Shown here piece by piece: positions 1-9,156 of a DNA stretch of 32,000 nucleotides. Under the pieces are notes generated by a model. It made no database searches, had not been told where the DNA came from, and worked only from the letters and a program-made list of their open reading frames with translations. This DNA is from Tannockella kyphosi. GTDB taxonomy: Bacteria; Bacillota_I; Bacilli_A; Erysipelotrichales; Coprobacillaceae. Each line of letters starts with the position of its first letter. Positions within the stretch are counted from its first letter, which is position 1. A program made the position numbers and the translations under genes. The stretch covers positions 780,001 to 812,000 of the forward strand of contig NZ_CP088239.1 of NCBI RefSeq assembly GCF_021054785.1, read 5' to 3'.

Positions 1-312
1 ATTTTAGGTGGCCGTGCTACGGTTGGAAAACGTTGTCATATTGGTGCTGGAACAGTATTAGCAGGGGTTATTGAACCACCTAGTGCTTCACCAGTTATTG
101 TTGAAGATGATGTTGTTATTGGTGCAAATGCTGTTGTTATTGAAGGTGTTCGTATTGGAAAAGGTGCAGTAGTTGGTGCTGGAAGTATTGTTACCAAAGA
201 TGTACCAGCTGGTGCTGTTGTAGTTGGTAATCCAGCTCGTATTGTAAAAGATTTAAAAGATGCTCAAACAGAGAGTAAAACAGAATTAATGGATGATTTA
301 AGAAAGTTATAA
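1..312 (+). CDS. dapH: 2,3,4,5-tetrahydropyridine-2,6-dicarboxylate N-acetyltransferase (DapH), C-terminal fragment; the 5' end lies outside the window
   Basis: Frame +1 is open from base 1 to TAA at 310-312. My translation [83 protein letters not shown] is a hexapeptide-repeat (left-handed beta-helix) acyltransferase. It sits directly upstream of the deacetylase, as in Bacillus ykuQ-ykuR. Confidence 0.8.
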   Translation: MLGGRATVGKRCHIGAGTVLAGVIEPPSASPVIVEDDVVIGANAVVIEGVRIGKGAVVGAGSIVTKDVPAGAVVVGNPARIVKDLKDAQTESKTELMDDLRKL

Positions 313-322
313 GAGGGTACAT

Positions 323-1432
323 ATGGAAGATGTAAAAACATGGAGACAATGTTTACATCAAATACCGGAATTAGGCTTAGAAGAATTTAAAACAACAGCC
401 TATTTAAAAGAAGTTCTAACTTCATTAGGGTATCAACCTATTGATTTGCTAGAGACAGGTGTTTATGTGTTCATTGACAACCAAAAAGAAACAACACTAG
501 CTTTTCGTAGTGATATTGATGCTTTAGCAATTCAAGAAGCAAATGATGTAGAATATGCATCGACTCATCAAGGGTATATGCATGCTTGTGGACATGATGG
601 ACATATGGCAGCTTTGTTAGGGTTTGCTAAGAAGTTAAAAGAATCAAAAAATGATTTTGCTCATAATTTCTTATTGCTATTTCAGCCTGCTGAAGAGTCT
701 CCAGGAGGAGCTAAATTAGTAGTAGAAACAGGTTTGTTATTAGAATATAATGTTCAAGCTATTTTTGGAATGCATTTAATGCCATTTATTGAAGAAGGAA
801 CTATTGCTTGTAAAAGTGGTGCATTTATGGCTACGAATGGAGAATTGGATATTGAGATTATTGGTAAAAGTGCTCATGCTGGATTGTATCATCAAGGTAT
901 TGATAGTATTGTGATTGCAACTCAACTAATAAGTCAATATCAAACTATTGTTAGTAGAATGCTTTCCCCATTTGAACCTAGTGTTATTCATATTGGAAAT
1001 ATTGAGGGCGGGAGTGCCCGTAATATTGTAGCTGATAAAACTGTTTTAAAAGGGACTATTCGTGCCTTTGATGAAAAAGCATATCAATTAATTGCCGATA
1101 AAGTTTTAGAAATAAATAAAGGAATGGAACAAGCATATGACTGTACAATTCATTGTACATGTCCTCCAATGTATCCTCCTGTTATTAATGATGAAAACTT
1201 ATATCTAAAATTTAAAGAAAATATGATAGGGAATTATATAGAACTAAAAGAACCATTTATGTTAGCAGAAGACTTTTCTTATTATCAAAAAGAAGTACCA
1301 GGAATATTCTTCTTTTTAGGAACAAAAACAGAACAATATACAAGTGGTTTACATACTGAAACATTTAATTTTAATGAAACTGTTTTAGAAAAAGCAATTG
1401 AAACATATTACCAGCTAGCTTGTAATATGTAG
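323..1432 (+). CDS. dapL: N-acetyldiaminopimelate deacetylase (M20 amidohydrolase family)
   Basis: 369-aa ORF with the M20 metal-ligand motifs MHACGHDGH and FQPAEE. The N-terminus (WRQCLHQIPELGLEEFKT) resembles B. subtilis YkuR as I recall it. AGAGGG lies 5 nt upstream of the ATG. Follows dapH. Confidence 0.75.
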   Translation: MEDVKTWRQCLHQIPELGLEEFKTTAYLKEVLTSLGYQPIDLLETGVYVFIDNQKETTLAFRSDIDALAIQEANDVEYASTHQGYMHACGHDGHMAALLGFAKKLKESKNDFAHNFLLLFQPAEESPGGAKLVVETGLLLEYNVQAIFGMHLMPFIEEGTIACKSGAFMATNGELDIEIIGKSAHAGLYHQGIDSIVIATQLISQYQTIVSRMLSPFEPSVIHIGNIEGGSARNIVADKTVLKGTIRAFDEKAYQLIADKVLEINKGMEQAYDCTIHCTCPPMYPPVINDENLYLKFKENMIGNYIELKEPFMLAEDFSYYQKEVPGIFFFLGTKTEQYTSGLHTETFNFNETVLEKAIETYYQLACNM

Positions 1433-1445
1433 GGGGAGGATTTGA

Positions 1446-2627
1446 ATGAATTATTTGGAACAATCAAAAGAAGTGTTTTTACACGCTTATGGAAGATATG
1501 ATATTACTATGGATCATGGAAAAGGTGTTTATTTATATGATGTTAATGGAAAAAAATACTTAGACTTTTATTCTGGAATTGGAGTAAATTCTTTTGGTCA
1601 TGCTTATCCATTATATGTTGAAAAAATGCAAGAACAATTAACAAAAGTAATGCATGTATCAAATTATTTTAATACAGTTGTTTCTATTGATGCAGCCAAA
1701 GTAGTTTGTGAAACAATCGGAATGGATAAAATATTTTTTACTAATTCTGGTACAGAAGCTACGGAAGGTGCTTTAAAATTAGCACGTAAATATTATTATT
1801 TAAAACATCAAAAAACAGATAGTGAAATTATTTCTTTTCACCAATCATTTCATGGTCGTTCAACAGGGGCATTACGTTTAACAGGAAATGAAGGGTATCA
1901 AAAGGCTTTTGGTCCTTTAATTGATGGTGTTCACCATGCTATATTAAATGATATAGAAAGTGTAAAAACATTAATAAATGAACGTACTTGTGCCATTATC
2001 TTAGAACCTGTTCAAGGTGAAGGTGGTTTGACTGTTTGTAAAAAAGAATTTATTTTAGAACTACGTCAATTATGTACAGATCATGATATTGTTTTTATTT
2101 TTGATGAAGTTCAATCAGGAATGGGACGTACTGGAACAATTATGACTTATAAGCAATTTGATATTACACCGGATATTGTTTGTATGGCAAAAGGCCTAGG
2201 CGCTGGTTTTCCAGTTGGTGCTTTTGCAGCAAATGGAGCAATAGCAGATGCTTTACAACCAGGAGATCATGGAACTACCTATGGTGGTAATCCAATGGCT
2301 GGTATGGCTGTCAAAACAGTATTTGAAATATTAGAAAAAGAGAATTTAGTGGAACATGTTGCATTGATTGGGAAATATTTAGAACAAGAGTTAAATAAGC
2401 TTGTTGAAAAATATGATTGTATAGTTGAAAGAAGAGGATTGGGTTTAATGCAAGGACTTGTGTTTGATCATCCTGTTGGAGATTATATCAAAAAAGCACA
2501 GGCAAAGGGATTAATCTTTGTTAGTGCTGGTGCGAATGTTATTCGTTTGTTACCACCATTTATTATTGAAGAGGCTCATGTTGATCAGTTTGTTTCTATT
2601 TTAGAAGAAATTATGAAAGAAGCATAA
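1446..2627 (+). CDS. Class III PLP-dependent aminotransferase (acetylornithine / N-acyl-diaminopimelate aminotransferase type)
   Basis: 393-aa ORF with SGTEA, DEVQSGMGRTG and the AKGLGAGFP PLP-lysine region typical of ArgD-like enzymes. GGGGGAGGA RBS upstream of the ATG. Clustered with dapH and dapL. Confidence 0.8.
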   Translation: MNYLEQSKEVFLHAYGRYDITMDHGKGVYLYDVNGKKYLDFYSGIGVNSFGHAYPLYVEKMQEQLTKVMHVSNYFNTVVSIDAAKVVCETIGMDKIFFTNSGTEATEGALKLARKYYYLKHQKTDSEIISFHQSFHGRSTGALRLTGNEGYQKAFGPLIDGVHHAILNDIESVKTLINERTCAIILEPVQGEGGLTVCKKEFILELRQLCTDHDIVFIFDEVQSGMGRTGTIMTYKQFDITPDIVCMAKGLGAGFPVGAFAANGAIADALQPGDHGTTYGGNPMAGMAVKTVFEILEKENLVEHVALIGKYLEQELNKLVEKYDCIVERRGLGLMQGLVFDHPVGDYIKKAQAKGLIFVSAGANVIRLLPPFIIEEAHVDQFVSILEEIMKEA

Positions 2628-2640
2628 GCTTCTTTTTTTT
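2618..2640 (+). terminator. Intrinsic terminator after the aminotransferase gene
   Basis: AGAAGC / GCTTCT 6-bp stem with loop ATAA (contains the stop codon), followed by T7. Confidence 0.7.
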
Positions 2641-2741
2641 ATTCAACAAACTCATTTAGATGATTTCAATAATAAGTTATTTATCATTCTTTTTTAAAGC
2701 AATTTTTAAGTTTCAAACGTATATATTATTGAGGTGATTTG

Positions 2742-4787
2742 ATGAATAAAGGAATATGTTATCAAGATGATATAACGAGTTGCGGTAGTGCTTGTGTGCA
2801 AATGATTTTACTTCATTTTCAAAGAAGAGTAGAGTTAAAAGAAATAAAACATTATTGTAAGAATAATGATAATGGGACAAGTGTATATGGAATGTTACAG
2901 TGTTTAAAACACTATCATTTACAAAGCAAAGCTTATCATGCTTCATTAGATGATATTCAAGCAAACGGGAAATACCCTTGTATTGTTTTAATGCTTCACA
3001 AAGATTTATATCATTATGTTGTTTTGTATAAACTAGAAAAAGGAATAGTTTTTATAAAAGATCCTGGAGAAGGTTATATTAAGATGACGATAAAAGAGTT
3101 TGAAAAAGCATATCAAGGGACAGTTATTATGATAGAAGAAGTAGGTATTCCATTAGAAAAAGAATCTTTTCATTCTATTTATCAATTTTATAAAGAACAT
3201 TTAAAAGATCAAAAAATAAATATCTTAAAAATATCTGGATTTACTATCTTAGTAACAATAGGAAATATATTATTATCTTATTATTTTCAAATATATATAG
3301 ATACTTTGTTAGAAACGTCACTATTTTATTTTTTAAGTATAACGTGTATCTTTGTTGTAATTTATGTTATAAAGGCATTATTACATTATGGTCATCAAAT
3401 ATGTTTAGAGTATATTTATAAAGAAAATAATGAAAAGTATATTTTACGGACAATGCAAAATATGCTATATCTAAAAACAAGTGATATCCAAAAACAAAAA
3501 GTAGGAACTTTAATGAACAAAATAAAGGGCTTATCTTCGATGACAAAATTTATGAGTAATTTATATAGTGTTTTGTTTATTGATAGTGTCATCTTAATTA
3601 GTGTTTTTCTAGTCCTTTTTTATCAAGGGAGGGGCTTTGCGTTATTTTTTATAGTAGATATGTTTGTTATGATGATTATTACTTATTATTTAATGAAAAG
3701 AATACAAAAAAGTACTCGTAAAAATATTGTAAAAGAAGATGAAGTGAATACTGTATTTTTAGAAGGTTGTGAGAATTTGATGAATATTCAACAATTTGGA
3801 TATCGTACTTTTTTTAAAGAAAAGCTTCAGCATTTTTATACTGCTAGTCAATATTATGAAGTGGAAAAAAATAAAGATTATTATTTATTAGAGTTCGTCA
3901 TAGAATTAGTAATCCAGGGAAGTATGTATATCATGATGATTTATTGTTATTTCTTATTTCGTCAAGATATGATTAGTGTTGGTAAGATTTTCTTTATTTA
4001 TATGTTGATAAGTTATTGTATGGAACCAATGGTAGAAATTGTCTCTTTGTTTTTAGAATGGAAACAACAAACTATTATTTTTTCAAGATACAAAGATTTA
4101 CTTCCTAATAAACAACATAAGACAAAGAAAATAAAAAAGATTGTTAGTTTAGAGTGTAATTACATAAGTTATAGTTACGATTATCATAGAACTATCTTTT
4201 CTAAGTATGATATCCTGATTGATAAGTCCATTATACTTAGTGGAGAAAATGGTTGTGGTAAAACTACATTATGTCATTTGTTAATGGGATTTGATCAAGT
4301 AGATAGTGGAGAAGTGCTGATTAATGGGATCAATATACAAGAGATTGATCAAGCAAGTTTGTATAAAAGGATGATTTATTTACATAAAAATCCAGCTTTT
4401 TTTCATGAAACAGTCTTGTTTAATATCATTGGTTATCGTCAAGAGTTACGTGAAAGTGCTATTGAGTTATTGCAACTATTTCAAAGTAATGATATTATAG
4501 AAAAACTGGATTTAATAATGGATAGTGATAACTTTTCAAGTGGACAATTACAGTTAATCATGCTAGTCCGTGCTTTCGTTATTAATCCAGATGTTTTAAT
4601 ACTAGATGAAGCTACTAGTAATGTAGATAAAATAAAGGAAAAGCTTATATTTGACTATTTAGAAACGAAACAAGAAAATATGATTATAATACTGATAAGT
4701 CATCATACAAAGTTAGTGAATCTTGACTTTGAATATGTTATAATTAATAAAATTCAAAAAGAAGTAGGAGAGACCAATGGAAATTGA
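2742..4787 (+). CDS. Peptidase C39 domain-containing ABC transporter (bacteriocin / double-glycine peptide exporter type)
   Basis: N-terminal C39 motifs: Q..ITSCGSACVQMIL (catalytic Cys) and HYVVLYK...DPGEG (His/Asp). Central multi-TM domain. C-terminal NBD with Walker A GENGCGKTT, signature-like FSSGQLQL, Walker B VLILDEATS and H-loop ISHH. I prefer the ATG at 2742 (GAGGTG RBS 5 nt upstream) over the TTG at 2739 in the ORF track. Confidence 0.8.
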   Translation: MNKGICYQDDITSCGSACVQMILLHFQRRVELKEIKHYCKNNDNGTSVYGMLQCLKHYHLQSKAYHASLDDIQANGKYPCIVLMLHKDLYHYVVLYKLEKGIVFIKDPGEGYIKMTIKEFEKAYQGTVIMIEEVGIPLEKESFHSIYQFYKEHLKDQKINILKISGFTILVTIGNILLSYYFQIYIDTLLETSLFYFLSITCIFVVIYVIKALLHYGHQICLEYIYKENNEKYILRTMQNMLYLKTSDIQKQKVGTLMNKIKGLSSMTKFMSNLYSVLFIDSVILISVFLVLFYQGRGFALFFIVDMFVMMIITYYLMKRIQKSTRKNIVKEDEVNTVFLEGCENLMNIQQFGYRTFFKEKLQHFYTASQYYEVEKNKDYYLLEFVIELVIQGSMYIMMIYCYFLFRQDMISVGKIFFIYMLISYCMEPMVEIVSLFLEWKQQTIIFSRYKDLLPNKQHKTKKIKKIVSLECNYISYSYDYHRTIFSKYDILIDKSIILSGENGCGKTTLCHLLMGFDQVDSGEVLINGINIQEIDQASLYKRMIYLHKNPAFFHETVLFNIIGYRQELRESAIELLQLFQSNDIIEKLDLIMDSDNFSSGQLQLIMLVRAFVINPDVLILDEATSNVDKIKEKLIFDYLETKQENMIIILISHHTKLVNLDFEYVIINKIQKEVGETNGN

Positions 4788-5238
4788 TTTAGCGTATTTA
4801 GATGAAGATAATTTATTATCTACTAATTATCAAGAAATATATGAAAATATTATTCGTGAAGCTTGCAATCATCTACAGTTAGTAGATGATTTAGAACTAT
4901 CTTGTATTATTGTAGATGATCATAAAATTCATGAAATTAATAAAGAATATCGAAACATTGATCGTTCTACCGATGTTATTAGTTTTGCTTTAGAAGATAA
5001 TGAACAATTTTATTGTCCAGGTCAGCCTAGGTGTTTAGGAGATATATTTATTTCAAATGAACATGCGATTAGTCAAGCTAAGGAATACAATCATACATTA
5101 GATCGAGAAATGTGTTTTTTGTTTACTCATGGACTATTGCATCTATTAGGTTATGATCATATGGAAGAAAAAGAAGAACAAGAAATGATTGCGTTACAAA
5201 AGATAATATTAGATAAAGTAGGAATGGAGAGAGTATAA
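4777..5238 (+). CDS. ybeY: Endoribonuclease YbeY (rRNA maturation factor)
   Basis: 153 aa with the zinc motif HGLLHLLGYDH. GGAGAG RBS. Overlaps the ABC transporter gene by 11 nt. Confidence 0.9.
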   Translation: MEIDLAYLDEDNLLSTNYQEIYENIIREACNHLQLVDDLELSCIIVDDHKIHEINKEYRNIDRSTDVISFALEDNEQFYCPGQPRCLGDIFISNEHAISQAKEYNHTLDREMCFLFTHGLLHLLGYDHMEEKEEQEMIALQKIILDKVGMERV

Positions 5239-5633
5239 TGGACTATCAAGATTTAATGAATAGAGCACTAGAAGCAAGAAAAAATGCATATAATCCTTAT
5301 TCTAACTATGGTGTTGGTGCTTGTGTAGCGTTAAAAGATGGCACTTTTATTGTTGGGGCCAATATTGAAAATGCAGCCTATGGATCAACAATGTGTGCAG
5401 AACGTAATGCGATTTATGCAACATATAGCCAAGGATATCGTAGAAATGATATTCTCGCAATTGCAATAGCTGGCAAAGGAGATGATGTTTGTACACCTTG
5501 TGGAGCATGTCGTCAAGTCTTAGCAGAATTGTTAGATAAACATACACCAGTTATTTTATCAAATGAAGAAAAATATATTGTTACGAATATGGAAGAATTA
5601 TTACCAAGAATGTTTACAGGAGAATTTTTATAA
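5238..5633 (+). CDS. cdd: Cytidine deaminase
   Basis: 131 aa with zinc-ligand motifs CAERNA and PCGACRQ. TAATG stop/start overlap with ybeY. Confidence 0.9.
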   Translation: MDYQDLMNRALEARKNAYNPYSNYGVGACVALKDGTFIVGANIENAAYGSTMCAERNAIYATYSQGYRRNDILAIAIAGKGDDVCTPCGACRQVLAELLDKHTPVILSNEEKYIVTNMEELLPRMFTGEFL

Positions 5634-6526
5634 TGTTTAAATCAGGATTTATTAGTATTGTAGGGAGACCTAACGTAGGAAAATCAACTTTATTGAATGG
5701 TATTTTAGAAACGAAATTAGCGATTATGTCAGATGTTGCACAGACTACTAGAAATACGATTCAAGGAATATATACAGATGAACAATCACAAATGATTTTT
5801 ATGGATACACCAGGTATCCATAAACCTCAAGATCGATTGGGAACTTTTATGAACTCAACTGCATTAAATAGTATTTTTGGAGTAGATGTTGTCTTGTTTA
5901 TGGCACCATGTAATGAGGCTATAGGAAAAGGCGATAAGTTTATTTTGGAAAGACTAAAAGAAGCAGATGGTCCAGTATTTTTGATTTTATCAAAAATAGA
6001 TTTGTTACCAAGAGAAAAAGTAATGGAAAAATTACAAGAATGGACTTCGTTATATGATTTTAAAGAGATTATTCCAATAAGTTCTTTGGAAAATAACAAT
6101 ATTACTACTTTATTAGATGTAATTAAACAATATTTACCAGAAGGACATATGTATTATCCAAAAGATCAAATGACAGATCATCCAGAACGTTTTGTAATGG
6201 CTGAGTTTATTCGTGAAAAGATTTTATATTTTACAAGAGAAGAAGTACCACATAGTGTTGCTATTGTGATTGAAAGAATGCAAGTAGCAGAAGATGGGGT
6301 GATGGAGATATATGCAACCATTGTTGTAGATCGTCAAAGTCAAAAAGGGATTATCGTAGGGAAACAAGGTGCGATGATTCAAAAAATCCGTAAAAATGCA
6401 AAAAGAGATATGACTCGTTTTTTACAGACACAAGTTCATTTAGAGTTGTTTGTAAAAGTAGAACGTGATTGGAGAAATAAGGAGAAATACTTAAAAGAAT
6501 TTGGTTATAACGAAGATGACTACTAA
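5633..6526 (+). CDS. era: GTPase Era
   Basis: 297 aa with G1 GRPNVGKST, G3 DTPG and G4 SKID, plus a C-terminal KH domain (VGKQGAMIQKI). TAATG overlap with cdd. Confidence 0.92.
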   Translation: MFKSGFISIVGRPNVGKSTLLNGILETKLAIMSDVAQTTRNTIQGIYTDEQSQMIFMDTPGIHKPQDRLGTFMNSTALNSIFGVDVVLFMAPCNEAIGKGDKFILERLKEADGPVFLILSKIDLLPREKVMEKLQEWTSLYDFKEIIPISSLENNNITTLLDVIKQYLPEGHMYYPKDQMTDHPERFVMAEFIREKILYFTREEVPHSVAIVIERMQVAEDGVMEIYATIVVDRQSQKGIIVGKQGAMIQKIRKNAKRDMTRFLQTQVHLELFVKVERDWRNKEKYLKEFGYNEDDY

Positions 6527-7256
6527 ACAAAGTGAAGTAGTCGAAGGTTTTGTTTTAAAGAGTACTCCTTATAAAGAAAGAGATGTTTTATTACAAGTAT
6601 ATACCAAGGAATATGGGAAAATAACAATTCATGCAAGAGGTATTCAAAGTCCTAAAAGTAAAAATAGAGCAGCTTGTTTAACCTTAACTTTGTCACAATT
6701 TACGATTATTTATAAAGAAGGTATTTCTAGTTTGGTAAAAGCTAGTATTATTCATGAATATCGTATTTTAAAACAAAGTATTGAATTGGAAATTTTTGCT
6801 AGTTTTATCTTAGAGTATTTATTAGTAATGACAGAAAGTCATGAACCAGACAGTGATATTTATCAAAATGCTTTTATAGCTTTTGAAAAGTTAGAACAAG
6901 GTTATTCCTATTATTTGATTTATGCACTATTTATTGCTTTTATTTTACGTATTCATGGTTGTTCATTAGTGGTGGATGGTTGCATAGAATGTGGAAGAAA
7001 GGATCATTTGACTAGAATTAGTTATAGTGGTGGTTTTGTTTGTGAAGAGTGTGCAACTAAGTTTGATAAACCTTATGATTTAGATGTTTTAAGAGCTTTT
7101 CGTTATATCAACTTATGTCCTATGGATAAAGTAGACTGTTTAGATATGGAGGAAGCAATTATTTTAGAAGTTGCAAAAACAATGCAACAGTTTTTAGATG
7201 AGTTTAGTGGTATAAATTTTAAAACTAAAAAATTTATAAAATCACTTTTAATTTAG
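6516..7256 (+). CDS. recO: DNA repair protein RecO
   Basis: OB-fold N-terminus (VEGFVLKSTPYKERD) and a zinc-finger-like C..C...C..C (CIECGRK...VCEECA). Conserved position after era. The start is uncertain: ATG 6516 is preferred, while the ORF track uses TTG 6501. Confidence 0.8.
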   Translation: MTTKQSEVVEGFVLKSTPYKERDVLLQVYTKEYGKITIHARGIQSPKSKNRAACLTLTLSQFTIIYKEGISSLVKASIIHEYRILKQSIELEIFASFILEYLLVMTESHEPDSDIYQNAFIAFEKLEQGYSYYLIYALFIAFILRIHGCSLVVDGCIECGRKDHLTRISYSGGFVCEECATKFDKPYDLDVLRAFRYINLCPMDKVDCLDMEEAIILEVAKTMQQFLDEFSGINFKTKKFIKSLLI

Positions 7257-7281
7257 AGTTTCAAAGAAAGAGAGAGAATAC

Positions 7282-9141
7282 ATGCAAAATTTTTTACCTA
7301 CAAATAAACAAGAAATGGAAGAAAGAGGATGGAGTCAACCAGACTTTGTTTATATTTCAGGAGATGCTTATGTAGATCATCCTTCTTTTGGGGCGGCTAT
7401 TATTTGTAAAGTCTTAGAAAGTAGAGGCTTTAAGGTGTGCTTTCTTGCTCAACCAGATTGGCACTCTGTAGAAGAGTTTCAACAATTTGGAAAACCTAGG
7501 TTAGGATTTTTAATTTCTTCTGGTAATATTGATTCAATGGTGAATCATTATACGGTAAGTAAAAAAAGAAGACATAAAGATTTGTATACGCCAGGTAGTG
7601 AAGGGTTTAAAAGACCGGATAGAGCAGTTATCGTATATAGTCAGATGGCACGACAAGCTTTTAAGGATGCTACTATTATTATTGGTGGGGTTGAAGCGAG
7701 TTTAAGACGTTTGGCACATTATGATTATTGGGATGATAAGGTTAGAAAATCAATTATTATTGATGCAAACGCTGATTTGTTATTATATGGTATGGGTGAA
7801 AATAGTATTATTGAGGTGGCAGAAGCGTTAGATAGTGGCTTAGAACCTAAATATTTAACTTATTTAGATGGAATTGTTTATAAAACAAAATCAATTGATC
7901 ATCTCGAAAAACCAATTATGTTACCTAGTTATAAAGAAATTTGTGAAAGCAAAGAAAATTATGCAAAATCATTTTTACAACAATATTTAAATACAGACCA
8001 TTTTGTAGCTAAAGTATTAGTAGAATCTTATTCAGGATGGTATGTAGTTCAAAATAGACCGAATCGTCCATTAACACAAAGAGAATTTGATCGTGCTTAT
8101 TCTTTAGATTATGCTCGTGACTATCATCCGAGTTATAAAGCAATAGGGCATGTTCCAGCAATTGATGAAGTTAAATTTTCTTTAATTAGTAATCGTGGTT
8201 GTTTTGGATCGTGTAATTTTTGTGCATTAACGTTCCATCAAGGCAGACAAATGCAAGCTAGATCTCATGAGTCATTGTTATCAGAGGCATCAAAAATGGT
8301 TTGGGAACCTGATTTTAAGGGATATATTCATGATGTTGGTGGGCCTACTGCAAACTTTAGACAGCCTAGCTGTCAAAAACAAGTGAAGCATGGTACTTGT
8401 CCAACAAAACAGTGTTTATGGCCAAAACCATGTAAAAGCCTAAATGTGACACATCAAGATTACAAAGAACTTTTAGATAAATTGACGCAATTACCAAATG
8501 TAAAAAAAGTATTCGTTCGTTCTGGTATTCGTTATGATTATCTAATGTATGATAAAGATGAAACATTCTTCCGTTCTTTAGTAAAGAACCATATTAGTGG
8601 ACAACTTAAAGTTGCACCGGAACATATTAGTGATCGTGTTTTATCTAAAATGGGGAAACCAGCTAGAGGATTATATGAAGAATTTGTTGAGAAATATTAT
8701 AAAATAAATGCTGAATATGGTAAAAATCAATATTTAGTACCTTATTTAATGTCTTCTCATCCAGGTAGTGATATTCATGCAGCAATTGAATTAGCTGAAT
8801 ATTTACGAGATATTAAACATCAACCAGAACAGGTTCAAGATTTTTATCCAACCCCTGGAACATTATCAACAGCAATGTATTACACAGAATTAGATCCACG
8901 TGATATGACACCGGTATACGTACCTAAAACACAAAAAGAAAAAGCAATGCAACGAGCATTAATTCAATATAAAAATCCTAAGAACTATGATTTAGTACTT
9001 AATGCTTTGAAATTAGCAAAACGTGAAGATTTAATCGGTCATGGTAAAAATTGTTTAATTGCACCGAGAAAAAACAAATATCATGAAAATCGTTCTTATC
9101 AATCAAAGAATAATCAACAAAACTATCGTAAAAAACGCTAG
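7282..9141 (+). CDS. ygiQ: YgiQ-family radical SAM protein (UPF0313)
   Basis: 619 aa. N-terminal GDAYVDHPSFG, a CxxxCxxC cluster motif CFGSCNFC, and a basic C-terminal tail. Confidence 0.8.
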   Translation: MQNFLPTNKQEMEERGWSQPDFVYISGDAYVDHPSFGAAIICKVLESRGFKVCFLAQPDWHSVEEFQQFGKPRLGFLISSGNIDSMVNHYTVSKKRRHKDLYTPGSEGFKRPDRAVIVYSQMARQAFKDATIIIGGVEASLRRLAHYDYWDDKVRKSIIIDANADLLLYGMGENSIIEVAEALDSGLEPKYLTYLDGIVYKTKSIDHLEKPIMLPSYKEICESKENYAKSFLQQYLNTDHFVAKVLVESYSGWYVVQNRPNRPLTQREFDRAYSLDYARDYHPSYKAIGHVPAIDEVKFSLISNRGCFGSCNFCALTFHQGRQMQARSHESLLSEASKMVWEPDFKGYIHDVGGPTANFRQPSCQKQVKHGTCPTKQCLWPKPCKSLNVTHQDYKELLDKLTQLPNVKKVFVRSGIRYDYLMYDKDETFFRSLVKNHISGQLKVAPEHISDRVLSKMGKPARGLYEEFVEKYYKINAEYGKNQYLVPYLMSSHPGSDIHAAIELAEYLRDIKHQPEQVQDFYPTPGTLSTAMYYTELDPRDMTPVYVPKTQKEKAMQRALIQYKNPKNYDLVLNALKLAKREDLIGHGKNCLIAPRKNKYHENRSYQSKNNQQNYRKKR

Positions 9142-9156
9142 AGGGGAGAATGTCTA

